A DNA stretch of 45,797 nucleotides, counting the filler, from Catajapyx aquilonaris (lineage: Eukaryota), in assembly GCA_000934665.2 (NCBI GenBank). It is 2 parts of 2 records of this genome, joined end to end, with 100 filler letters (N's around TTAATTAATTAA, not from the genome) between each part and the next. Parts side by side here need not be neighbours in the genome. Positions count along the whole stretch, not along the records: positions 22,930 to 45,797 come from JYFJ02005802.1; 1 more part is not named here. One strand, given 5' to 3'. The stretch's first letter is position 1. Every line of letters begins with the position of its first letter. Below, in pieces: positions 33,835-45,797 of the stretch. A program made the position numbers and the translations under genes. The notes under the pieces are model-generated. The model was not told the origin of the DNA and searched no databases. It saw only the letters and a list, made by a program, of their open reading frames with translations.

Positions 33835-35029
33835 AGGGACACTCCACTCAAAAAACAAGTTGACCTCTAAAAATCAGGCAAAAAATCCTGATTCCGGTGA
33901 TACCACGGGTTTTTTTCTACGGCGAACGATAATCCGATAAATAAATGGCAAAGTAGGCCGGCGGCAAACCCCCTGCCCCTCCACCCCCGGCGACACCTAC
34001 CTCGGGCACCTGGCGGCTGCTTCAGGAAGTAGGGATCGTAGCCGCGCGGGTTTGAAATGCAGTTCGGTGGGATATTTCTGGCTGCTGCCAATACTGTCAC
34101 GGAGGTGTTACTTTCCAGACCTCGCCTTTGCTTGGGTACCGGTGGGCTACATCTGTTGCTTACGCATCAGATCCCCATGACTAATAAAGGCCCGGAGGGA
34201 CACATGTTTATGCTTAGCACTAGGGCAGGAGGTGGGTAGGTCCTACGCTTGTCATTTCTGGCTTTCATTCCGGCATATGGTGGAGGGCTCGGAAGAAAGT
34301 AGCATCATGGACGAGAAAGGCACGGAAAGGTAAGGACAAAAGGCCGTCATTCTGGGCAGTGTTTTGCTCCTCACCCTCGCACGGCTCGAATTGATAAGGG
34401 AGGAGCCCATGTGGACTGGGTCGGAGGCAGCCTGGAACTTCGGACTGTTCGGAGCTATCTCCCTCGGCAGCCTCCATGCTAGGTCGCGAACTATCCTTTT
34501 CCATTACCGTACATTCGGGCCCGACAGAATCGCTGGACTGCGCCATCTTGGAATAACCGCTACGCGATTGAGAATAGCAGCTAATATGTGTTAGGGCCAG
34601 AAGATTGCTAATGGCTCTGTTTCAATGACTAATTCCAATTTTACGGGGATCTGATGCGGCAGCAACAGAATGATGTAGCCCACCGGTACACAATTAGGAG
34701 CCAAGCAAAGGCGAGGTCTGGAGAGTAACACCTCCGTGACAGTATTGGCAGCAGCCAGAAATATCCCACCGAACGGCATTTTTTCAAACCCGTGCGGCTA
34801 CGATCCCTACTTCCTCAGGCAGCCGCCAGGTGGCGAGTACCCAACTTCCCCCGGGGGCCGCTGGTCAGGAGGGCGGCTCCACGCTCGATCAGAAGTCGAA
34901 TTTATTCCGACTTTCGTCTCTTCCCCTGTCATTACCGTTCGCCTCAGAGATAAACGGATCGCATTCTCGGAATCAGGATTCCTTGCCTGATTTTTAGAGG
35001 CCAACTTGTATTTTGAGAGGAGTGTCCCT
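33835..35029 (-). mobile_element. Kolobok-type non-autonomous element with long TIRs
   Basis: TTAA TSD, AGGGACACTCC...GGAGTGTCCCT termini, ~350-bp imperfect arms; internal ORF 34546-34265 with a PYQFEP motif. Confidence 0.75.
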
Positions 35030-35176
35030 TTAAGTAAGACCATTGGTGCAGCTTAAATCAATTGGTGAAGGTCTTACGTGCGACTGCCTTGTTTCAGTAC
35101 TTTCTTTCTGACACGAAGGTCTTACTACCCTTTTTTTCACTGAAGGGAATGGTTTTGCTCTTATACATACATATGA

Positions 35177-36055
35177 TGTAAGTGTATGCAGAGCCTGAGC
35201 AAGTTTTGATTCGGTGTGCTTGGCCAGAAATAAATCCTTTCTCCTCACCAATTTTCATGCAATTTGATACGTGTATATTATACGTATGTAGTACTGTACT
35301 ATGTACAGTACCCTGCATTAATGGCTATGCACATACTACATCGCCACCTGTCCGAAAACGAGCGGAATTAGGCGTCGGTGGACTGCGTCCAAAATACTTG
35401 GGACAGCTCAAGATATCGCGGTAGATTCAAACGCTAGCTACAAAGATGGATCACAGCGGATCACAGATAATATCTGTGATCCGCTGTGATCCATCTTTGT
35501 ATCTTTGTACAGTCCAAATTCAGTTTTTGAAATTGCCACTCAAAACACGGTGGGATGAATTATAACGCCACTGCGATTCCTATCAATGTATTGAATTGAG
35601 GTTGTGAAGCAGTTATTACACGGACCACGCGAATGCCTGTTAATCCACCGGTATATCTTGTACTGTCTAGAGCGGTCTCATGAGCAGTCTTGAGATGAAA
35701 GTATTTTGGACACAGCCCACGGACGCCTAGTTCCGCTCAATCCCTCCATGTGGCGATGTCTGTGCATAGCCATTAATGCAGGGTACTGTATGGCACTGAT
35801 AAGTATGCAGCTTTATCCAATACAAAGAAACCCTGCTATTTAAGTGTGTTTGCAGAAGAGAGATTCTACAGATTGACTATACGCAAGTTTCACTTTGGAT
35901 TTGAAAGTTCATTATGGTCTCGTATACATTGCTGGCAATCATTTTTTATACAGAAAAGTTGTGATTCCTTTTAAACTTTCCTCATCAAAAACAAGATTGG
36001 TAAACCACGCGAGCGTGATTCGAGAAGACTTTCGCATTGGGCAGCGGGAAATGAG
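35177..36055 (-). repeat. Third - strand copy of the intron sequence preceding the ZnF exon, lacking acceptor and exon (unit E)
   Basis: Homologous to 31715-31935 and, inverted, to 23180-23600; interrupted by the MITE at 35306-35788. Confidence 0.75.
35306..35788. mobile_element. Tc1/mariner-superfamily MITE, copy 2 of the 375-774 family
   Basis: Same TIR and TA TSD; the paralogous site near 31840 lacks it. Confidence 0.92.
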
Positions 36056-36056
36056 G

Positions 36057-36665
36057 CTGCCCAGGCTGTCGACACGATGCGATTCAAACTGGACAAAACC
36101 CCGACATAGAATGTTGTCAGTCTCATTTCCGGTATCCAAGAAATCCAAGGACACCCGCATGTGTGCTTGACCTTGGCGGATAGAGTGAACCTGGAAAACC
36201 GGAAGTGGCCGGTTACCGTAAGTTGACCATGAAACCCATTTAGGGTGTGCTGAATCCGAATCAGAAAACAGTTTGTCGCTTTCTTTTGCGGCTTAAGCCC
36301 TGATGCCTGTCCACGGACGGACGGACACAGAGCCGTTCTATGAGGTTTTTAGACTTTCTCTCATCAAAAACTGCTTATAGAACAACTCTTTGCCCGTCCG
36401 TCAATGGACAGCATGCTGTCAGGGCTTAAACCGCATGAGATAGCGACAAATGGTTTTCTGATTCGGATTCAGCGGCCCCTGGATGGGTTTCGTGCTCAAC
36501 TTACGGTGACCAGCCACTTCCGGTTTTCCTGGTTCACTCTGTCCGACAATGTCAAGTCCGCAGGCGGGTGTCCTTGGATTCTTTGGCGACTGGAAATGAT
36601 ACTGACAACATTCTATGTCGTTGTTTTGTCCAGTTAGAATCGCATCGTGTCGACAGCCTCGGCAG
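36057..36665. mobile_element. Palindromic repeat element with ~290-bp arms (family of 31971-32400)
   Basis: CTGCCCAGGCTGTCGACACGATGCGATT...AATCGCATCGTGTCGACAGCCTCGGCAG. Confidence 0.8.
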
Positions 36666-37080
36666 TCCGTCCGTCCGTGGACAGGTAGCAGGACCTAAAC
36701 TTGCCTAAACCGCAAGAGATAGTGACAAACGCTATTTTAGGATCCGGATAGTCACAAGAGGCGCTTCTCTGGCTGCGTGTTGCAGATTTGTTCGCCACCA
36801 CGGACTGCCATTGTTATCTAATTAGAATGGCACAGTGTATTGTTGTGTGGTATCGTATTCAACGAAGTAAGTCTCATTTACCTCTGCCTAATGAAAAAAA
36901 AGCTACTGGAATCACGCTAGCGTGATTTTCCTATTTGTTTTATTTTGTTTGGAGTTACAGAATAAGCAACCCATGCATTAGTCAAGGAAAGGGCAATAGC
37001 AAACCCACATTCGTAACAATCATAATCATTTCCATATTTATGTAATACTACTGATTTATAACATTCCAGTCAGGACGTAC

Positions 37081-37217
37081 CTGTACATCCAAAGTGTCCG
37101 TTTCCTCTTCCGCCTCTTTGTCTCCTCCATCATCCAAAGCCAAACCTGCCGGACCGTCGTCGAGATCTTCACCATCACAGCTCAGCTCCTCCTGAGGCTG
37201 ACTAGATTGTAGTCGCA
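37081..37217 (-). CDS. Candidate internal coding exon (acidic linker) upstream of the ZnF exons
   Basis: Acceptor ttttcctcag/, donor CAG/GTACGT, 137 nt, open as RLQSSQPQEELSCDGEDLDDGPAGLALDDGGDKEAEEETDTLDVQ, ends in phase 0. Confidence 0.65.
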
Positions 37218-37876
37218 CTGAGGAAAAGCAATACCGTATTTGACATAATCATCAGCTGTCACTAACCAAATAAAAGCCATAAAGATTAGGCTCTACTGGA
37301 CAAGAATTAATTTGAAACATTATATGGCCATATATTCAGTTGCATAGTACCATGTATGAAAGCACTGCACTTATCACTGGAAATGCCCTACGTGCATTTG
37401 GGATGGCGAATGAAGTGTTGCCGTGTGTACAGTACAGTACATTAGGGATTTGCAGAAAATAAAAGTCCAGTCGGAAATGATTAGCCATATATGCATTGTT
37501 CTGAGCCTCGCTGTACGCCACGCTGAATATCGCAGGCGCACCAAACTCTGGTGGTAGGCGCACCTGGCGAATCCATAAAGATACAAAGGTGTCACGAATC
37601 CGATACTACTGACGAATGAGGAATGGGAGAGGTGTTTTTGACCCCCCCCCACCCTATGGGCACCCCCCCCCCCCCGTGGACCTTGCACGTTGTCCGATTA
37701 CCATGCGAGTTCGAGACCCATGATTACCACGCTGCAGGTCACAGTGATTGTCGCACCTGGATCAAATTACTATGGTACCGTAACATGCGCGTTCACTGTG
37801 ACAAATAAGGTTTTCAGATTTCACTCCCACTATTATTTTAGCTTTTTGACAGACACCCACTCATGTGATACCTATA

Positions 37877-38272
37877 CAGGGTGGACCAACTTCAAGCGTC
37901 GTTTTATAACGGCGATTAATAGCAGTGATTTTGCGATGACGTAGCAGCGACGTGTAAAATGTCCCACTTCGGCACCATCGAAAATATTAGCTGCCAATAG
38001 CAGCACACATGTAATCAACCCTGCTGCTGGGTTGACCTGGAAAAAAGGAGGTGCACACATGACCTGCGATGCGCATGGGTGAAATGGGTGACGCCCAAGG
38101 CACCAGATGGACCTGTAATGCAAGGGGGAACTCGGAGATGCCTGCAAACGAAACACAGCTAATATTTTCGATGGCGCCGAAGTGGGCCATTTTACACATT
38201 GCTGCTACGTCAATCGTAAAGCGCTTCTATTAATAGCCGTTATAAAACGACACTTGAAGTTGGTCCACCCTG
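37877..38272. mobile_element. Tc1/mariner-type MITE
   Basis: TA-CAGGGTGGACCAACTTCAAG...CTTGAAGTTGGTCCACCCTG-TA with ~115-bp arms. Confidence 0.92.
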
Positions 38273-39089
38273 TATAGTAGCAAGAGCCAGTAACGCGGGA
38301 AAATGTTTTTGCCCTACGTTGACCGAGGTCAGGACAATCATATGGGGCTGTCGCGAAAAGTGCTCCCATACCGTGGCATGATTTTTTTCCGAAGTCGCAC
38401 TTACCCCGATTCGGCACTTGCCCCGACTCACCTTAATAATAATTCTGGGTAGTGCTTTCACCAGCTGTCTAGTGTGGTCAGCCTAAGCCAATTTTGAAAT
38501 GTACGAGCCCGGAGCCTCAGTACAGTGCAGGGGTCAGATAAAACCAAAAATGGGCCGGCCCAACTCCTAAAGCACAAAATTTATGAGCCGCATTCCGAAA
38601 TAACCTCAAAAGGAATCAGTCGAAAGGTACGTACTGTACAGGCATCATAAAGTCAACTGCATGGGTTTGTGAATATGGCAACCTTGCCACCCCATCCTCC
38701 CTGGTCGCTGTTGTCCTCTTCCTCTTTTCCTCCAGGCAAAAATACCCTCACCACCCGACACCCCGACTCCACACACTACACAAGAAGTTGGCTTCACCAA
38801 CTGGTAGATAGCATAACTGGCACCAGAAATGCAGTCACATTTTGACAAAATTATTATTTACCACGCAATTGTCTCCGTATCAACATTCCACAACTTCATA
38901 GTGAGTTACCAAGAAAGGCACACAGAAATCCCTACTCCTTGTGGGTTGCTACTAAAGAGATGTGGCTATGTGAATGGGTGATTAGAGCAGAGTGTTTGTC
39001 TTACCCTCATCTGGTTGTGGTGCATGCTCCCTTCCATCCTCTTCCTGTTCTGGTTCCACCTCCATGGGCCTGGCCATCCCCTCCAGGAT

Positions 39090-39276
39090 CCCTGCCACCT
39101 TCCCCATCCTCTTCGTCTTCACAAGCGGGACCAGCTTCCTCTGGGTCTTCCCTGCCACCTTCCCCATCCTCTTCGTCTTCACAAGCTGAACTAGCTTCCT
39201 CTGGGTCTTCCCTGCCACCTTCCCCATCCTCTTCGTCTTCACAAGCTGGACCAGCTTCCTCTGGGTCTTCCCTGCC
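39090..39276. repeat. 60-bp tandem repeat, about 3 copies, in exon-like GC-rich sequence
   Basis: Unit CCCTGCCACCTTCCCCATCCTCTTCGTCTTCACAAGC..ACCAGCTTCCTCTGGGTCTT. Confidence 0.95.
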
Positions 39277-39399
39277 TGGGTGAGGTTGAGGTGGAGGAGG
39301 TCAATGATGACCCTTGCCCAGGAGGGTGGCTCCGGGTGCTGGTGGCAGGGGCAGGGGCACTGATGCTGCCCCCACAGTGTACGACTTCCCTCCGAATCG

Positions 39400-39610
39400 A
39401 ATCTTACGGTTTGACCATGGGAACCTGGAAAACATGAAGTGACCGGTCACAGTAAGTTGACAATGGAACCTATTTAGCGTCTCCTGAATCCGAATCCGAA
39501 ACCGTTTAGTGCTATCTCTTGCGGTTTATGCCCTGATACCTGGCACGGACGGACTGACGGACGGACATGGCTGTTCACCCATTCTATGAGACTTTTTGAG
39601 GAGAAGTCGA
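39400..39610. mobile_element. Single arm of the (GTCC)n palindromic family
   Basis: GAACCTGGAAAACATGAAGTGACCGGTCAC...GAATCCGAATC...GACGGACGGAC. Confidence 0.7.
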
Positions 39611-40482
39611 AAAGCTCGGGTAGCCTACAACATGACAATGCTGTCCTACTTGCGGCTATAAGCTATAATCCTCTTATTCCTTTTATTGGCTTGGTCTTCC
39701 ACTTTAAGGAAAATTTCACTTTTCCAGCAGGGTCGGTGGCTCGACCGTGTCAGAATTCGATACCAAATTCATGTGAGTAGTACACTTCATGCATGCGCCT
39801 ACAGTCTTCTCTATGAGAATGGTCTGACGTCACGTTCATCTGCCCCCATCCGGCTCTTCCCTCCAATCACGTCCCAAGTCCCATAAAGTATGCAGAGTCG
39901 GTTGCCGACGCGATTAGCAACATGAAGCAGCATAATAAATTCTGCCTCACATTGTAGCCTACATAATATTATGCGATATCGATAATAGTCTGATGTGGCT
40001 TCGGAAAGGGCTTCGGCATTTTAAAAAGGGGGGTTCCACACGACATATACGGAGGTTACTAGTTACTTTTATTCATTAACAGAGAACGGATTTCTAGGGT
40101 TTTACCACGTTTTTACCTGTACTTTTTCATTTCGCATGCAGAACCCTAGAACCAGAATACATATCCGTTTCGTGACACAAGGACCTCAAAAATCGTAGTT
40201 TTATAGAACCTAAAAATGCCTATTTCGGGTGTTGGAACCTAAATGGCCTATGAGTGCCTATTTAGACCTTTTTGGCGCCATTTTGTAAGATTTTCGAGAG
40301 TTCTGCGGGTTTTCCGCTCAAGGAATCCCTCCCACTTCAACCTGTGACGAGCGAAGAAGCGGTTGATGTAGGATGGCGGGTAATATGACGTTAACCGTCA
40401 TTGCGACTCGAAACAACAGTTATTAATAGCCGTTAAATAAGCTGCTACATTCGGCCCGATAGCTATTCTATCGGCCATAATA

Positions 40483-41054
40483 CAGTAAAACTTTGGTAAA
40501 ACTTCTATAAGTCGAACTTCCCTAAGTCGAAGTTCTTCATAAGTCGAAGAAAATGATGAGCTTGTTGGTCACAATGTTAAAGAATAGGAAATAAACTTCC
40601 CTAACTCGAAGTGCTGGCAGGGCCTTACGATGGGATATCAATGCATTTTTCAGTCTCTCTAAGTCGAAGTTCACGTTGCCGAGTACGGAAAATTGTCTCA
40701 TTTCCCAGCTGAAGGGTCGAGAGTAGGCCACATGTACAGAAAGGCTCAATTTCCTGATCTCCGTCTACCAGACGTACCGAAAGAAGTTTTTGTCTCTACT
40801 GTGACAATTGAATCCTTGAATCTATAAGAGTAGGCAAATGTCCATCACGGAGCTTTTTTTTTTTTTTTTTTTTTACAACAAATCAACGAGGAACATTATA
40901 GGTGTGATAGTGGCAGTTATTTTTAAGTTTTGAACACCTTTCGTCGCAGGATATAAAGGTAGGCTTCCTTAACTGTGCTTTAAAAAATCCAAACTTCTCT
41001 AACTCGAAGTTTTTCCCCGGTCCCATGGAGATTCGACTTATAAAAGTTTTACTG
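40483..41054. mobile_element. pogo/Tigger-like MITE, nested in an older IR-bounded element (~40075-41315)
   Basis: TA-CAGTAAAACTT..ATAAGTCGAA...TTCGACTTATAAAAGTTTTACTG-CA with repeated subterminal TAAGTCGAA motifs. Confidence 0.8.
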
Positions 41055-42295
41055 CATTGGCTCCCCATGAGGGAGGATCTTAACTGTCGCCGAATAACTG
41101 CGATTAACCAACGCAAACATGAAATAACTGCTAGTTTGTTACTGTGCTGCAAAATTCCATGGCCAGAAATAGCCTGTAATGTGTGCAAAAATTAAAATAA
41201 CTTAGAACCAGCTTGATTTATAGTATTTAAGAGCCTATTTTGGCTGTTTTCAGGGCCTAACTGCCTACCTATTTGAGGTTTTTTTTTAGAACCTAAACAT
41301 CCGTTCCTTATTTATTAACGATGAGGAAAAACACTTGGCCGAATTTTCGTCTTTTTATGAGCCACTATTAGTCACTGTTTAGAGGTTCTATTATCTCAGG
41401 ACAGGCGGAATTTTCGTGCTTCTGATTAGGCACTACATGGAACTGACAAGGGAAGTGTAAGTGTTGTCCGTGGAGTTTCTGAATGAAACTTGGCACAATA
41501 ATATAGGCAGGTAAGTTATTAAAGAAAATGCAAACAATTTAGGCGGATGCCCACAAGGTCAAAAGTTATGACCTCTCGAACTCACAAGGGGGTGATTCCA
41601 TGGCAAATCAGGCAAAATAAATTCAAGATGCAACCCTCATGTTCGCTATGTCCATGATATTTGGATTGTGATATTGGAATGGGATATGAAGAAGATCTAA
41701 CGTGGAAAAAATGACACATGTGTCACAGATGCTGAGTAGCCACGTGACCTAGAATGTGTGAAATAGCGCGGTACCCCTACATAAATCAATTGCTGTACAA
41801 GTTAACAATAATTTTTAAGAAATTCTTTTGGCCTTCTTGTATACTTAACCGCGAAGGGTGTCTAATACATGCCAGATAATATTTTTATCTCAAAAATAGC
41901 TATACTGTTTTGAGGTCAAAATATTTGACCTTTGACCTGAGGTGTGTGGACATCCATAGAAAAATTCTGAAAAAATTACACATATCCCTCTACCCATTTC
42001 ATATCTGACGGCCAAGATTCCACGATGTAGTAAATTTTGTTTTCCCGGAAAAAAATCTGACGTGAACACGTACACGGCCGCTCAGCTGGTAGGAGTTGGG
42101 TTATGAGGGGATTTTCCACTCCCTGTTCCCGCGCTTGGTGACTCGTATGAACTACCCGTATTCGCCGAGATTGTGCGAAGGTAAGTAGCATATAGAAAAT
42201 GGAGATGAACAATTATTCCAGTCCACATACCAGGAAGAGCATTCAGGTTACCAGGTAAGGTCTAAGGTGCCCTAGAGTCAGGTCGACCTACACCT

Positions 42296-42656
42296 AGGGG
42301 TCGTGCAAATACCACGTGACCTTTTAGGCCACCTTTTGACCACCCGTGACCGACCGTGGTATCCATTGGACCCCCCCCCCCGTTTTTCACGTGGTTTTTT
42401 AAAATGTCAATGTAATCAGAAAAAACTCGATCGAAAATGGTAGCTCCTCAACTAAACTGTTTAAGCACGTAAAAAACATGTCTTCCCATGTTTTCGGGGT
42501 CGCTGATTTCGAAATTTAGGTTATTTTGAACCCATGTGCATCTGTAATAGCTCCNCCCCCCCCCCCCGACCCCCCGTGACTAACCGTGGTATATCCAAGG
42601 GTATATCAGCAGGCCCCCTCCCCCCAAAACGGTCACGTGGTATTTGCACGACCCCT
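42296..42656. mobile_element. MITE, probably Harbinger-type
   Basis: Perfect 26-bp TIR AGGGGTCGTGCAAATACCACGTGACC. Confidence 0.85.
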
Positions 42657-43199
42657 TAAGAAGTCCTCCTGAAGAAGTTCTCAACATTGACAAGGAAGTG
42701 CTGTGATCCCTTCAAAATATTCCTGAGGCAATTCGTACGAAAGGACTAAGGGCTGTCGGTGACGCTTGGTACGAGAAGTTGAAGAATGTAGCACCTTCTG
42801 CAATACCTGGGCAAAAGATCTGCGCCTAATGTGCTATCAAAAAAAAAAAAGACTATGGTAATATGCAGAATTACTGTTTTAATAGGTTTGACAAATTTTT
42901 TTCTGTTATGAAATTTACTACATGCTGGAAACTTGGTAATCGCGTCTGTGGTACGTAGTTGCACATGCATATTTATTTTCATAATTTTCCATGGAACACA
43001 CGTGTGACGATTCATATGATAATTATGCTACATTAGTGTTTTAATAGGTGGGATAATTTTTTTCTCTGTTTTAAAAATTACTGCATTTTGGAAACTTGGC
43101 ACCCACGTTTGGAGTACGTCATAGTTCGCGTCTATTTATTTTCAGAATTTTCCATGGATGTCCACACATAAAGGTCAGAGGTCACGAACTAGACATTAA

Positions 43200-44145
43200 G
43201 GCCGGAATCGTGGTGGCTCGCGTAAGTCTGCAGGGGCATAAATTGTGACGTAACTCCCATACGGACGACGGACGACACCGTGGTGAAAAGTTACGGGAGG
43301 CGCGCGATTGAAAACATCCTGTAAATCCACGGGACCTCTCCAGATTCCGTAGGACTTACGGGAGTGTTGGCCCTGGGCTTTTTCAGGCCCCCAGGGAGTT
43401 TTGGTGGGGCAGGGTTTGCTTCAGGTTGCGGGGGAGAGTGCCCGGGGGAGGCATGGGGCTTGGGGCGGCCCCGGGGCCTTTTCGGATGTGACTTCCGTCA
43501 GGTCGGATTTTACATCGCCTCACCAACCAAATGCAATGAAATCGCGTGGAGTGAGGACCGGGACGGATCGTGGGTGTGGGCGGACCGTGGCTAGGGGCGG
43601 CCCCGGGGCGGTCCGGGGCCACTTTGAATGTGCGCTCTCAGTTCTGTAATGTCGGATTTATCACCACATCCCCAACCGAATGCAATGCAATGGTGTGGGG
43701 TGCACCCAGGGCGCCAGGGGCAGCCCGAGGGCCAGTTTGGATGCTCATTGTATAGTCGGGAAGGATATGCACCGCCCGCCGGCCACATGGTTCACATTGC
43801 GCACCTAGGGCCCTACGCCGATGATTGCCACCCTACCCCCCAACCTTGACAGAGAAACCCCCACCTCCACCCTTGCCCCACCTACACACACCCCACATGC
43901 AACCCGCGCGAGAAGCCTGTTCCGGGATTGGCTGTTAGAGCCCATTGCGTCACGGATACCAGGCTTTGCAATTAGTGATATCTGGGGGTTGCGGGGGGGT
44001 TAGTCCGGCCGATTAAAGAGCCGATAAGCTAGTTCACCACGATGGACTTCTCCTTTAGTTATAAGGCTCCTTTACCGGCCGCCATGTTTACAGGCGTCAC
44101 GTGACTTGCAGGAGCATACATGTGGGAGACACCGCGATTCCGGCC
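43200..44145. mobile_element. PIF/Harbinger-type non-autonomous element with a GC-rich interior
   Basis: TIR GGCCGGAATCG(T/C)GGTG, TAA TSD; internal ~150-bp diverged direct repeat. Confidence 0.8.
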
Positions 44146-44462
44146 TAAGAAACTATGTTCTGTTTAGACATTTTCAAAACTTTTGTGCATACTCATATGA
44201 CGATTGGGATGTTTTGCACCTGTGAAAACAAACTTTATATCTACATCGTGTATATTTGGTATAAATTCCTTTCGGAGACCCTGTTATGATTTTCCCCTGA
44301 AATTAGGCAACACTTTTTCAGTTGACCTATGAACTGAGAGTAAAACAAAAAATTGCATAGGTATCATGTCACCATGACTATGTCACTCACCAATTTTCAT
44401 TGAGAAAAAAAAATGGTGGGGTTGCATGCTTTGCCTGGGGACACTTTCCAAGGTCTCACCGA

Positions 44463-44728
44463 TTTTCTTGAAATTCGGTACATTGGTAGGCCCCCCCAAG
44501 GGATTAAAAATAAAAACGCACCTAAAGTGACCTGCTCAAAATAACCCGGTGACCCCTTTTTGGGGGGGGAGATGTCAAGTCTTAAATGCCGAAAACTCAC
44601 CAATTTTCTTGAAATTCGGTGCATTGATAGCCCCCAAGAAGGGGTCACCGGGTTATTTTGAGCAGGTCACTTTAGGTGCGTTTTCCATCCCTTGGGGTGA
44701 CCTACCAATGTACCGAATTTCAAGAAAA
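44463..44728. repeat. Inverted repeat with ~105-bp arms
   Basis: TTTTCTTGAAATTCGGTACATTGGTAGG...ACGCACCTAAAGTGACCTGCTCAAAATAACCCGGTGACCCC and its reverse complement. Confidence 0.9.
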
Positions 44729-45797
44729 GCAGGCCTATGAAATGGGTGAGCTAATGTTGCATTTTTGTGAATCATATAGTTTCATTAAGGGCGCATTTTT
44801 GAGGGAATTTTATTTTTTGGGGCGAAACGCACCGTTAATCGGAAAAATCACGACGAAGGTGCCCTGGGCAAAGGTTTGGGCTTTACTGGGGTACCATACT
44901 CGATATGATTGCATTAAAATTGTGGACATACGGGCGCAGAAGCGTTCCCGACTTTGTCGCGTTCCTGCCGCCATATTATTCAAATGGGCTTCTCGGGAAC
45001 GCCATTTTCCTTGATCACTTCAACTCGATGAAAAGGTCACTTCTAGGCCGAAAATGGTAAAATGACGACGAAGGTGCCCTGCGCCAGATCGTGTCCTATT
45101 TTTTGGTGTAATTTTTGTGTCCATTGCTCCATTTTTGCGGCGTATACGGCCGCAGAAGCGTAGACATGTCGAATCCCCATATGCTGTCCATGCAGCATAC
45201 GCGAGTTTGTTTACGTGGTCGCCAAGGGCTCGCATTGTTACCGATTGTTACCGTATTTTTTTTGCTAATGCGCCCGCTTAAGGTGGTTGGGTAGTTATGG
45301 CCACATCCTAAGTAGTTCATGAAAATTGCACGATTTACAGAAAAAAGTGTGCTCTTTAAAATAAACCCATAAAAAAGGGTACTTACCGGTCAATTCATTG
45401 AACCCCCGACACCTAAACAGCTAATTTTTGGCCTTATGGAAAAACGGCCAGAAACAGCAAAAAAAGGCCAAAAATCTTACTTTAAAATCCTAACATATGT
45501 ACAAAAAACTATTCTCTTGAAAGCTTGAACTGTGTAGAGTTAATTAGTCGCAGAAAATCGCAATGTTACCGGCTCCGTTCAGCAGTAATTATCAATTAAC
45601 TGGACGTAGTGCGGTAGCGGGATGTACGAAGCGGCAACGCCGCGCCGGCAGAGGGGGTGCCGTATCGATACGCAGATTATCGATATGTGTTAATAATATT
45701 CATCTAATATATATAAAGCCCCACGCCGAGGAGGAGGATATAGGATGAAAAAGATTTCGCACTTCCCGGGGTCGGAGAGACGTCGGACTTACGCCGT

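Noticed and set aside
38645..38848. Additional - strand exon of the ZnF gene
   Set aside because: No convincing acceptor/donor pair that keeps an open frame.
39090..39276. CRISPR-like array
   Set aside because: Head-to-tail 60-bp repeat with no unique spacers and no cas genes; the ZnF 84-bp periodicity is likewise coding.

Overview
Eukaryotic, probably arthropod, repeat-rich genomic DNA; there are no prokaryotic operons, rRNA, tRNA or CRISPR arrays. All family assignments are from motifs recognised by eye, not from database searches. A 100-bp artificial gap (22830-22929) splits the window. Left part (~990-18250): a dense mosaic of about 20 short, abutting, mostly end-less coding fragments from many unrelated transposon groups (CACTA-like, Gypsy RT and IN, L1/CR1-type ORF1, Sola1, Sola2, hAT, P, I-type LINE, Transib, Tc1/mariner HTH, Maverick pPolB, piggyBac, pogo, MULE, Harbinger MADF). 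Every fragment I could identify lies on the + strand, as expected of a uni-strand piRNA cluster (flamenco-like) transcribed from the - strand. Right part: a - strand C2H2 zinc-finger locus with two tandem-duplicated cassettes (8 and 17 fingers). Each begins with a phase-0 splice acceptor and is paired with an inverted, truncated copy of its own 5' end. A candidate shared upstream exon (37081-37217) suggests alternative terminal ZnF exons. Many intact MITEs and foldback elements with TIRs and TSDs surround the locus.
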